Assembly: GCA_032718475.1 (NCBI GenBank)
Contig: JAUCBJ010000916.1
Location: 154,784 to 218,783 of the forward strand
Source: Nemertoderma westbladi
Taxonomy: Eukaryota > Animalia > Xenacoelomorpha
Length of the DNA stretch: 64,000 bases
Reading direction: 5' to 3'
Shown here: one piece after another, positions 45,001 to 57,242 of the stretch
Position numbering within the stretch: the first letter of the stretch is position 1
Layout of the letters: every line of letters begins with the position of its first letter
Notes under the pieces: model-generated
Database searches by the model: none
Told to the model about the DNA's origin: nothing
What the model saw: only the letters and a program-made list of their open reading frames with translations
Position numbers and translations under genes: made by a program

Positions 45001-48000
45001 TGGATCAATCAATCACATACACCTCCGTCACGCCTATCCTATTACAGGGGCTCGATGACTCAATCACACACACCCCCGTCACGCCTATCCTATTACATGG
45101 GCTGGATCACTCAATCACACACACCCCCGTCACGCCTATCCTATTACAGTGTCTGGATCACTCAATCACATACACCCCCGTCGCGCCTATCCTATTACGG
45201 GGGCTCGATAACTCAATCACACACACCCCCGTCACGCCTATCCTATTACAGGGTCTGGATCACTCAATCACATACACCCCTGTCACGCCTATCCTATTAC
45301 AGGGGCTGGATCACTCAATCACATACACCCCCGTCACGCCAATCCTATTACATGGGCTGGATCACTCAATCACATACACCCCCGTCACGCCTATCCTATT
45401 ACAGGGGCTCGATAACTCAATCACACACACCCCCGTCACGCCTATCCTATTACAGGGGCTGGATCACTCAATCACATACACCCCCGTCACGCCTATCCTA
45501 TTACAGGGGCTGGATCACTCAATCACACACACCCCCGTCACGCCTATCCTATTACATGGTCTGGATCACTCAATCACATACACCCCCGTCACGCCTATCC
45601 TATTACAGGGGCTGGATCACTCAATCACATACACCCCCGTCACGGCTATCCTATTACAGGGGCTGGATCACTCAATCACATACACCCCCGTCACGCCTAT
45701 CCTATTACAGGGGCTGGATCATTCAATCACATACACCCCCGTCACGCCTATCCTATTACAGTGGCTGGATCACTCAATCACATACACCCCCGTCACGCCT
45801 ATCCTATTACAGGGGCTGGATCACTCAATCACATACACCCCCGTCACGGCTATCCTATTACAGGGGCTGGATCACTCAATCACATACACCCCCATCACGC
45901 CTATCCTAGTACAGGGGCTGGATCACTCAATCACATACTCCCCCGTCACCCCTATCCTATTACAGGGGCTGGATCACTCAATCACATACACCCCCGTCAC
46001 GGCTATCCTATTACAGGGTCTGGATCACTCAATCACATACACCCCCGTCACGCCTATCCTATTACAGGGGCTGGATCACTCAATCACATACACCCCGGTC
46101 ATGCCTATCATATTACAGGGGCTGGATCATTCAATCACATACACCCTCGTCACGGCTATCCTATTACAGGGGCTCGATAACTCAATCACATACACCCCCG
46201 TCACGCCTATCCTATTACAGGGGCTCGATAACTCAATCACACACACCCCCGTCACGCCTATCCTATTACTGGGTCTGGATCACTCAATCACATACACCCC
46301 CGTCACGCCTATCCAATTACGGGGGCTCGATAACTCAATCACACACACCCCCGTCGCGCCTATCCTATTACAGGGGCTGGATCACTCAATCACATACACC
46401 CCGGTCATGCCTATCATATTACAGGGGCTGGATCACTCAATCACATACACACTCGTCACGGCTATCCTATTACAGGGGCTCGATAACTCAATCACACACA
46501 CCCCCGTCGCGCCTATCCTATTACAGGGGCTGGATCACTCAATCACATACACCCCGGTCATGCCTATCATATTACAGGGGCTGGATCACTCAATCACATA
46601 CACCTCCGTCACGGCTATCCTATTACAGGGTCTGGATCACTCAATCACATACACCCCCGTCACGCCTATCCTATTACAGGGGCTGGATCACTCAATCACA
46701 TACACCCCGGTCATGCCTATCATATTACAGGGGCTGGATCACTCAATCACATACACCTCCGTCACGCCTATCCTATTACAGGGGCTCGATAACTCAATCA
46801 CACACACCCCCGTCATGCCTATCCTATTACATGGGCTGGATCACTCAATCACACACACCCCCGTCACGCCTATCCTATTACAGTGTCTGGATCACTCAAT
46901 CACATACACCCCCGTCGCGCCTATCCTATTACGGGGGCTCGATAACTCAATCACACACACCCCCGTCACGCCTATCCTATTACAGGGTCTGGATCACTCA
47001 ATCACATACACCCCCATCACGCCTATCCTATTACAGGGGCTGGATCACTCAATCACATACACCCCCGTCACGCCAATCCTATTACATGGGCTGGATCACT
47101 CAATCACATACACCCCCGTCACGCCTATCCTATTACAGGGGCTCGATAACTCAATCACACACACCCCCGTCACGCCTATCCTATTACAGGGGCTGGATCA
47201 CTCAATCACATACACCCCCGTCACGCCTATCCTATTACAGGGGCTGGATCACTCAATCACACACACCCCCATCACGCCTATCCTATTACATGGTCTGGAT
47301 CACTCAATCACATACACCCCCGTCACGCCTATCCTATTACAGGGGCTGGACACTCAATCACATACACCCCCGTCACGGCTATCCTATTACAGGGGCTGGA
47401 TCACTCAATCACATACACCCCCGTCACGCCTATCCTATTACAGGGGCTGGATCATTCAATCACATACACCCCCATCACGCCTATCCTATTACAGGGGCTG
47501 GATCACTCAATCACATACACCCCCGTCACGCCTATTCTATTACAGGGGCTGGATCACTCAATCACATACACCCCCGTCACGGCTATCCTATTACAGGGGC
47601 TGGATCACTCAATCACATACACCCCCATCACGCCTATCCTAGTACAGGGGCTGGATCACTCAATCACATACACCCCCGTCACGCCGATCCTATTACAGGG
47701 GCTGGATCACTCAATCACATACACCCCGTCACGGCTATCCTATTGCAGGGGCTGGATCACTCAATCACATACACCCCCATCACGCCTATCCTATTACAGG
47801 GGCTGGATCACTCAATCGCATACATCCCCGTCACGCCTATCCTATTACAGGGTCTGGATCACTCAATCACATACTCCCCCGTCACCCCTATCCTATTACC
47901 GGGGCTGGATCACTCAATCACATACACCCCCGTCACGGCTATCCTATTACAGGGTCTGGATTACTCAATCACATACTCCCCCGTCACGCCTATCCTATTA

Positions 48001-51000
48001 CAGGGGCTGGATCACTCAATCACATACACCCCCATCACGCCTATCCTATTACAGGGTCTGGATCACTCAATCACATACTCCCCCGTCAACCCTACCCTAT
48101 TACCGGAGCTGGATCACTCAATCACATACACCCCCGTCACGGCTATCCTATTACAGGGTCTGGATTACTCAATCACATACTCCCCCGTCACGGCTATCCT
48201 ATTACAGGGGCTGGATCACTCAATCACATACACCCCCATCACGCCTATCCTATTACAGGGTCTGGATCACTCAATCGCATACACCCCCATCACGCCTATC
48301 CTATTACAGGGTCTGGATCACTCAATCACATACTCCCCCGTCACCCCTATCCTATTACCGGGGCTGGATCACTCAATCACATACACCCCCGTCACGGCTA
48401 TCCTATTACAGGGTCTGGATTACTCAATCACATACTCCCCCGTCACGCCTATCCTATTACAGGGGCCGGATCACTCAATCACATACTCCCCCGTCACGCC
48501 TATCCTATTACAGGGGCTGGATCACTCAATCACATACACCCCGTCACAACTATACTATTACAGGGGCTGGATCACTCAATCACATACACCCCCGTCATGG
48601 TTATCCTATTACAGGGTCTGGATCACTCAATCACATACTCCCCCGTCACGCCTATCCTATTACAGGGGCTGGATCACTCAATCACATACTCCCCCGTCAC
48701 GCCTATCCTATTACAGGGGCTCGATAACTCAATCACACACACCCCCGTCACGCCTATCCTATTACATGGGCTGGATAACTCAATCACACACACCCCCGTC
48801 ACGCCTATCCTATTACAGGGGCTGGATCGTTCAATCACATACACCCCCGTCACGCCTATCCTATTACAGGGGCTGGATCACTCAATCACATACACCCCCG
48901 TCACGCCTATCCTATTACAGGGGCAGGATCATTCAATCACATACACCCCCGTCACGCCTATCCTATTGCAGGGACTGGATCACTAAATCCCATACACCCC
49001 CGTCACGCCTATCCTATTACAGGGTCTGGAATACTCAATCACACACACCCCCGTCACGGCTATCCTATTACAGGGTCTGGATCACTCAATCACATACACC
49101 CCCGTCACGCCTATCCTATTACAGGGTCTGGATCACTCAATCGCATACACCCCCATCACGCATATCCTATTACAGGGGCTGGATCACTCAATCACATACT
49201 CCCCTGTCACGCCTATCCTATTACAGGGGGTGGATCACTCAATCACATACACCCCCGTCGTCACCCCTATCCTATTACAGGGGCTGGATCACTCAATCAC
49301 ATACACCCTCGTCACGGCTATCCTATTACAGGGGCTCGATAACTCAATCACACACACCCCCGTCGCGCCTATCCTATCACAGGGTCTGGATCACTCAATC
49401 ACATACACCTCCGTCACGCCTATCCTATTACAGGGGCTCGATAACTCAATCACACACACCCCCGTCACGCCTATCCTATTACATGGGCTGGATCACTCAA
49501 TCACACACACCCCCGTCACGCCTATCCTATTACAGTGTCTGGATCACTCAATCACATACACCCCAGTCGCGCCTATCCTATTACGGGGGCTCGATAACTC
49601 AATCACACACACCCCCGTCACGCCTATCCTATTACAGGGTCTGGATCACTCAATCACATACACCCCCGTCCCGGCTATCCTATTACAGGGGCTGGATCAC
49701 TCAATCACATACACCCCCGTCACGCCTATCCTATTACAGGGGCTGGATCACTCAATCACATACACCCCGGTTATGCCTATCATATTACAGGGGCTGGATC
49801 ACTCAATCACATACACCCCCGTCACGCCTATCCTATTACAGGGGCTGGATCATTCAATCACATACACCCCCGTCACGCATATCCTATTACAGGGGCTGGA
49901 TCACTCAATCACATACACCCCCGTCACCCCTATCCTATTACAGGGGCTGGATCACTCAATCACATACACCCCCGTCACGGCTATCCTATTACAGGGCATG
50001 GATCACTCAATCACATACACCCCCGTCACGGCTATCCTATTACAGGGTCTGGATCACTCAATCACATACACCCCCGTCACGGCTATCCTATTGCAGGGGC
50101 TGGATCACTCAATCACATACTCCCCCGTCACGCCTATCCTATTACAGGGGCTGGATCACTCAATCACATACACCCCCGTCACGCCTATCCTATTACTGGG
50201 TCTGGATTACTCAATCACATACACCCCGGTCATGCCTATCATATTACAGGGGCTGGATCACTCAATCACATATACCCCCGTCTCGGCTATCATATTACAG
50301 GGGCTGGATCATTCAATCACATACACTCCCGTCACGCCTATCCTATTACAGGGGCTGGATCACACAATCACATACACCCCCGTCACGCCTATCCTATTAC
50401 AGGGGCTGGATCACTCAATCACATACACCCCCGTCACGGCTATCCTATTACAGGGGCTGGATCACTCAATCACATACTCCCCCGTCACGCCTATCCTATT
50501 ACATGGGCTGGATCACTCAATCACACACACCCCCGTCACGCCTATCCTATTACAGGGTCTGGATCACCCAATCACATACACCCCCGTCGCGCCTATCCTA
50601 TTACGGGGGCTAGAAAACTCAATCACACACACCCCCGTCACGCCTATCCTATTACAGGGGGTGGATCACTCAATCACATACACCCCCGTCGTCACCCCTA
50701 TCCTATTACAGGGGCTGGATCACTCAATCACATACACCCTCGTCACGGCTATCCTATTACAGGGGCTCGATAACTCAATCACACACACCCCCGTCGCGCC
50801 TATCCTATCACAGGGTCTGGATCACTCAATCACATACACCTCCGTCACGCCTATCCTATTACAGGGGCTCGATAACTCAATCACACACACCCCCGTCACG
50901 CCTATCCTATTACATGGGCTGGATCACTCAATCACACACACCCCCGTCACGCCTATCCTATTACAGTGTCTGGATCACTCAATCACATACACCCCCGTCG

Positions 51001-52543
51001 CGCCTATCCTATTACGGGGGCTCGATAACTCAATCACACACACCCCCGTCACGCCTATCCTATTACAGGGTCTGGATCACTCAATCACATACACCCCCGT
51101 CCCGGCTATCCTATTACAGGGGCTGGATCACTCAATCACATACACCCCCGTCACGCCTATCCTATTACAGGGGCTGGATCACTCAATCACATACACCCCG
51201 GTTATGCCTATCATATTACAGGGGCTGGATCACTCAATCACATACACCCCCGTCACGCCTATCCTATTACAGGGGCTGGATCATTCAATCACATACACCC
51301 CCGTCATGCATATCCTATTACAGGGGCTGGATCACTCAATCACATACACCCCCGTCACCCCTATCCTATTACAGGGGCTGGATCACTCAATCACATACAC
51401 CCCCGTCACGGCTATCCTATTACAGGGCATGGATCACTCAATCACATACACCCCCGTCACGGCTATCCTATTACAGGGTCTGGATCACTCAATCACATAC
51501 ACCCCCGTCACGGCTATCCTATTGCAGGGGCTGGATCACTCAATCACATACTCCCCCGTCACGCCTATCCTATTACAGGGGCTGGATCACTAAATCACAT
51601 ACACCCCCGTCACGCCTATCCTATTACTGGGTCTGGATTACTCAATCACATACACCCCGGTCATGCCTATCATATTACAGGGGCTGGATCACTCAATCAC
51701 ATATACCCCCGTCACGGCTATCATATTACAGGGGGATCATTCAATCACATACACTCCCGTCACGCCTATCCTATTACAGTGGCTGGATCACACAATCACA
51801 TACACCCCCGTCACGCCTATCCTATTACAGGGGCTGGATCACTCAATCACATACACCCCCGTCACGGCTATCCTATTACAGGGGCTGGATCACTCAATCA
51901 CATACTCCCCCGTCACGCCTATCCTATTACATGGGCTGGATCACTCAATCACACACACCCCCGTCACGCCTATCCTATTACAGGGTCTGGATCACCCAAT
52001 CACATACACCCCCGTCGCGCCTATCCTATTACGGGGGCTAGAAAACTCAATCACACACAACCCCGTCACGCCTATCCTATTACAGGGTCTGGATCACTCA
52101 ATTACATACACCCCCGTCACGCCTATCCTATTACAGGGGCTGGATCACTCAATCACATACACCCCTGTCACGCCTATCCTATTACATGGGCTGGATTACT
52201 CAATCACATACACCCCGGTCACGCCTATCCTATTACAGGGGCTCGATAACTCAATCACACACACCCCCATCACGCCTATCCTATTACAGGGTCTGGATCA
52301 CTCAATCACATACACCCCCGTCACGCCTATCGTATTACAGGGGCTCGATAACTCAATCACACACACCCCCGTCACGCCTATCCTATTACATGGGCTGGAT
52401 CACTCAATCACATACACACCCGTCACGCCTATCCTATTACAGGGGCTGGATCACTCAATCACATACACCCCCGTCACAGCTATCCTATTACAAGGGCTGG
52501 ATCACTCAATCACATACACCCCCATCACGCCTATCCTATTACA
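9062..52543. repeat. 51-bp satellite, main array (about 43.5 kb, about 850 monomers)
   Basis: Uninterrupted head-to-tail monomers in one orientation, with recurrent diagnostic variants and 1-3 bp indels. It ends abruptly at ...CCTATTACA|TTTTAT. Confidence 0.99.
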
Positions 52544-52685
52544 TTTTATATTCCAACTTGCCAGCTCTTTTACCTTAGCCTCCAATATTTTATGGGTAAC
52601 AGTGGTTACTAACTTTTCCATTGACTCACATAATCTGGCCAGTTTACACATTTTGGCTCATTTTTAATATGTACTGACCTTCTGA
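52544..52685 (-). mobile_element. Possible degenerate Ty1/copia pol fragment (region just before RT)
   Basis: Two overlapping minus frames read IKNEPKCVNWPDYVSQWKS* and LVTTVTHKILEAKVKELASWN, resembling the invertebrate copia 'AK.KEL..W' motif. Short and frameshifted. Confidence 0.3.
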
Positions 52686-52909
52686 GAAATAGTTTGAATT
52701 GTATTATGCGATGCAGAAATGAGAAAGAAAATATTAAAATAACCTGAATATAAAATAGATTATATTATAATTATTAAGAAAGCATTAATAATTAGGTGTG
52801 AATATATTTTGTTGTGGTACATAATTACTTATTATAATACTACTTATACTAATACTATAATTACTTACTACTTTTTTTTATATCGCAAACTACGCACAGT
52901 TATCAAATA

Positions 52910-53692
52910 AAGAGCCGTGTTAACACCAAATCTTTGGGTACGTCAACAATTTCGGGAGGGCCCCCCTCCCCCCAATATGCAGGATGGCAAAGTTCAGCAA
53001 AGGAGGCTAGTTCAAAATATAAGTGTTTATTTTTATGATAGAAATTTAGTTAATGTTTTCAATTGAGGCAATTCAGATTTCTGATTTGGATGAAATAATC
53101 ACGAAAATTATTAACTAAACGTAATGTAATATCGAAGGACCAACTGAGCGAAATACAATAATATACAATAATTTACAGAAATAAAATATACCGGTAACCA
53201 AAAATACCATATAAAGATATGAAAGATGAATGAATTTAAACGAAACAGCAGGTAATGGCGGACTCCCGCCTAAAAGGCTGTAAGGGCTTTCCCATTGGCG
53301 GTTACTAGGTGATTATTGCGTCACTTCCAAATTATACATCCCTATATAACAACTATATTATACTTGTAAGTAACTTATAACGTTCTCATTACAATTTTTA
53401 ATCTGGTATTTAGTATTGAGTAGGCCTACTAAGTTAACATGAAATAAACTTAAAAAGTTTATAAGTTTACTATTATCCTCGTATGAACTTATAAAATAAC
53501 AACAGTTTTCCAGTTTAAACTAAGCTCACTAACAAGTAACAATATAGGCAATTCAATATCACTTGGGCCTCTGTAATTTCCCCAATGTACAAAAGGAAGG
53601 ATTTTATCAGTAATTTTATAGGCAGGGCGGGCCCCAAGCGTGGGAAGGCCATATCCCAAGCGTACTAAAGCTTCCTTGTTAACACGGCCCTG
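52910..53692. mobile_element. Old hAT-like MITE (about 780 bp)
   Basis: Left AAGAGCCGTGTTAACA versus right TGTTAACACGGCCCTG (reverse complement CAGGGCCGTGTTAACA, 14/16 match). Subterminal GGGCCCC motifs. The flanking 8-mers ATCAAATA and CTTAAAGA match at only 5/8. Confidence 0.5.
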
Positions 53693-53978
53693 CTTAAAGA
53701 TATTCCCACTGGCGAAAAAACGTTTTCTAAATTTCTAAAGTAAAGTAGAAACAGCTTCAGCTTAAGACAAATAAATCCTGCGGTGAGTTGATGGATAAAA
53801 TTCCTCCTGAGCTATTCAAGCTCTATGAATGTTTAGTTCTAATCCATTCATTCCATTCTCCCAAGACATGTATGTAACCGCGCAAAAATCGCAACACTAG
53901 AATATTGTGGAATCAGGCTGATTCCGATTGCAGATAGAGCACGCAGTTTTATTTTTGGGAGTAATTAACAGCTGTTAT

Positions 53979-54028
53979 AATAATGCGTAAATTTCCTTTG
54001 TAGAATAATGCGTAAATTTCCTTTGTAG
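53979..54028. repeat. Perfect 25-bp tandem duplication
   Basis: AATAATGCGTAAATTTCCTTTGTAG occurs twice in tandem. Confidence 0.9.
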
Positions 54029-54424
54029 AGAGATAAATTTTTATTGCGTCGAAAGACCCAAAATACAGCCCATAACGTCAAAATGCCTTTCTTAATGTCG
54101 CGATATTTCACAAAGGGTTTAGAAAAACGACGTACACCTGGGAGGGGAGTACCATATTGTTAGTACAAGAAATCGTGTCTGTCTATCTGTAGGACCCCAA
54201 GGTACCAGTTAGTTGTTGTAGGCATACCTGTCATAAGCCTAACATAATGCGGCACTGCCTGACCGCGCAGTACCAGTACAGCTGCTGAGCTGTAGCTGAG
54301 AGCGTCAGAATCAATAATTATTACAATACCGGTACCGGTATTATATTAACCTCTGTACCGGTATACAGGTTGTACAGTTGGAGCCTGCACCTGCTGGATA
54401 CACCTGGTGTTAGAAAACTGAAAG

Positions 54425-54582
54425 ATGGGTGATTCAGATATCGACGACTTATTGGACGAGGTTGAATCAAAATTCTGTAAAAACAGAAAACGTTCCCGTA
54501 CCGATACCAGTAAGCCTAACTCTGATATTCTTCAACGAGCTGTAGTAGGGGACCCCCACAAATCTCGTATTTCACATACAAG
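54425..54582 (+). CDS. CFAP418: CFAP418/C8orf37 homolog (cilia- and flagella-associated protein 418), coding exon 1 of 3
   Basis: MGDSDIDDLLDEVESKFCKNRKRSRTDTSKPNSDILQRAVVGDPHKSRISHT matches the C8orf37 N-terminal 'DLDELLDEVESKFC' motif. Phase-2 donor AG|GTTAGA. Confidence 0.92.
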
Positions 54583-54748
54583 GTTAGAGAGTTAGGTAAG
54601 GCCTAGGTTACACTGATTACAGCATACAGGGTTAAGTTAGCCAGAAAAACTTCCAGCAGTACCGGTAGTAACCAGTCTGCCAGTAGTCCAGGCGAAGTTT
54701 GCTGCGTACCCGCCCGAGACAGGGGGGGAAACTGGACGCAAATACCAT

Positions 54749-55160
54749 GTGGGATTTGGGATTAAGGAATTTGGGATTAAGGTATTTGGGATTTGGGAAT
54801 AATGTATTTGGATTAAGGTATTTGGGATTTGGGAATAAGGTATTTGGGTTTTGGGAATAAGGTATTTGGGATTAAGGTATTTGGGATTAAGGTATTTAGG
54901 AATAAGGTATTTGGGATTAAGGTATTTGGGATTTGGGAATAAGGTATTTGGGTTTTGGGAATAAGGTATTTGGGATTAAGGTATTTGGGATTAAGGTATT
55001 TAGGAATAAGGTATTTGGGATTTGGGATTAAGGTATTTGGGATTTGGGAATAAGGTATTTGGGATTTGGGATTAAGGTATTTGGGATTTGGGAATAAGGT
55101 ATTTGGGATTAAGGTATTTGGGAATAAGGTATTTGGGATTTGGGAATAAGGTACTTGGGA
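54749..55160. repeat. G-rich subterminal array (7-bp GGGATTT and 15-bp GGGAWTAAGGTATTT modules), left arm of the KDZ element
   Basis: Directly inside the left TIR. Its reverse complement occurs at 58326-58695. Confidence 0.95.
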
Positions 55161-56211
55161 TAGTTAACCCATGTTATAAGATTATGCAGGTTAGTAAGGA
55201 GCAGATTACAGAGGCATGTAGATAGAACCAAAACAATAAACGATAGTTAACACATGTTATAAGATTATGCAGGTTAGTAAAGGAGCAGGATATAGAGGCG
55301 GGTAGAAAGAACCAAAACAATAAACGATAGTTAACACATGTTACAAGATTATGCAGGTTAGTAAAGGAGCAGGATATAGAGGCGGGTAGAAAGAACCAAA
55401 ACAATAAACGATAGTTAACACATGTTACAAGATTATGCAGGTTAGTAAAGGAGCAGGTTAGAGAGGCAGGCAGATAGAATCAAAACAATAAACGACAGTT
55501 AACACGTGTTATAAGATTATGCACGTTAGTAAAGGAGCAGGTTACAGGGGCGGGCAGATAGAACCAAAACAATAAACGATTGTTAACACGTGTTACAAGA
55601 TTATGAAGGTTAGTAAAGGAGCAGGTTACAGAGGCGGGCAGATAGAACCAAAACAATAAACGATAGTTAACACGTGTTACAAGATTATGCAGGTTAGTAA
55701 AGGAGCAGGTTACAGAGGCGGGTAGATAGAACCAAAACAATAAACGATAGTTAACACGTGTTACAAGATTATGCAGGTTAGTAAAGGAGCAGGTTACAGA
55801 GGCGGGCAGATAGAACCAAAACAATAAACGATAGTTAATACGTGTTACAAGATTATGCAGGTTAGTAAAGGAGCTGGTTACAGAGGCATGTAGATAGAAC
55901 CAAAACAATAAACTATAGTTAACACGTGTTACAAGATTATGCAGGTTAGTAAAGGAGCAGGTTACAGAGGCGGGCAGATAAAACAAAAACAAGAAACGAT
56001 AGTTAATGTTAACACGTGTTACAATATTATGCAGGTTAGTAAAGGAGCTGGTTACAGAGGCCTGTAGATAGAACCAAAACAATAAACGATAGTTAACACG
56101 TGTTACAAGATTATGCAGGTTAGTAAAGGAGCAGGTTACGGAAGCATGTAGATAGAACCAAAACAATAAACGAAAGATAACACGTGTCACGTGTTTATGC
56201 AGGTTAGTAAA
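55159..56211. repeat. 84-bp minisatellite (about 12.5 copies) inside the KDZ element
   Basis: Unit GATAGTTAACACGTGTTACAAGATTATGCAGGTTAGTAAAGGAGCAGGTTACAGAGGCGGGCAGATAGAACCAAAACAATAAAC. The AACCAAAAC landmark at 55226 and 55310 gives a period of 84. Confidence 0.96.
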
Positions 56212-56219
56212 ATAATGGG

Positions 56220-57242
56220 TTACAAAGGCATATGCATGAATACAAAAATGAAATGCGGATTTAGCGATAAATGACTTGAGGTAGAAGACTTGAGGTACTT
56301 ATCAAGTCCACATGCATAATCATAAATTATTAATTTGGTATCCTTATAGTCAACGCTTATAAAATCAGCAACTTGTTTCAGACTTTCCTTTTTTGACATT
56401 TCAGCAAATGACTCGACATATCCGCATGACCTAACCCCAAATAGAACACCACATGTACGGCCTGAAAACTTCGGCACTACTTTTGAACACTCCATATCTG
56501 TACGTTGAAGATCGCACTCTGAGGATTTTGTAGGTTTGGAAACTGGTCCATGTATTTTGCACCTAACCATGCCATCGGCTTCTAATTTTACAGAAGAATC
56601 ACAAACGTCGCCGTTATCTAGAGGCCTGCCACACATACCTCGAAAAAGCTTATAATTTCCATCAACGACAATTACATCTGAACATTTCGGAACATTACAA
56701 TTTAAATGATTATTGTGTAGTAACTCATCAATATGTGAAGCATAGCCACTACCTTCCAGAAATGTCTCTATGTCAAAATGATGCGATGTCATATTTTCTA
56801 TAACAGATGATTTTTGTAATATAGGAGGTAAATTACATATAACATGGAACTGCAGCATTCGATACATGACTAAAGCCTGGGATAATAAATGTTTTTCTAT
56901 CTCACAACCTGTTTCTATTCGGTAATTAATCGCAATAGCATCAAATGTAGCACCAAATACGTGCAATTCTCTTATAAATCGATTCAATAAAGATTTTGAA
57001 AACACACTAACATTTGTCACCCAAAATACAATTGCATCATTGGCAAAATTAGTATACTCAAATGTGGACTCAGTTATGGTTAATCCAGGCTTTAAATTTC
57101 TTCCACAACCCTTCACAAATTGTCGAGAATTTCCCCTACATTTATATCGCACCCCAACAAATTCTTTTTTGCCACTTTCTCCATACCAATCTGCTCTAAT
57201 CTCAATAGTCTTCATGCGAAACCCACAGCAAAACATCACCAA
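56220..57242 (-). CDS. KDZ transposase with CxC5- and CxC6-like cysteine clusters (Kyakuja-like), C-terminally truncated
   Basis: 340-aa ORF. CxC5-like part: ADWYGESG...RYKC...CG...FWVTNVSVFSKSLL..F...GATFDAIAINY. First catalytic motif CSDVIVVDGNYKLFRGMC. CxC6-like C...C...RCKIHG. KDZ core RTCGVLFGVRSCGYVESFAEMSKKES and IIYDYACGLDKYL. The downstream FH..H and catalytic Glu motifs are absent. Confidence 0.82.
   Translation of the reverse strand: MVMFCCGFRMKTIEIRADWYGESGKKEFVGVRYKCRGNSRQFVKGCGRNLKPGLTITESTFEYTNFANDAIVFWVTNVSVFSKSLLNRFIRELHVFGATFDAIAINYRIETGCEIEKHLLSQALVMYRMLQFHVICNLPPILQKSSVIENMTSHHFDIETFLEGSGYASHIDELLHNNHLNCNVPKCSDVIVVDGNYKLFRGMCGRPLDNGDVCDSSVKLEADGMVRCKIHGPVSKPTKSSECDLQRTDMECSKVVPKFSGRTCGVLFGVRSCGYVESFAEMSKKESLKQVADFISVDYKDTKLIIYDYACGLDKYLKSSTSSHLSLNPHFIFVFMHMPL

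Noticed and set aside
1-52543. CRISPR-like appearance of regular repeats
   Set aside because: Monomers are contiguous with no unique spacers, there are no cas genes, and the context is eukaryotic.
36-52667. Dozens of long + strand ORFs (up to 1260 aa) of repeating 17-aa peptides
   Set aside because: They arise from a stop-free 51-bp monomer. All three frames are open, frames switch at indels, and there is no unique domain or splice structure.
54749-55160. Interstitial telomere
   Set aside because: Units are GGGATTT and GGGAWTAAGGTATTT rather than a canonical telomeric repeat, and they are mirrored inside a TIR element.
55174-56190. Hydrophobic 28-aa repeat ORFs on the minus strand downstream of the KDZ ORF
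   Set aside because: Translation of the 84-bp minisatellite, separated from the transposase by a stop codon.
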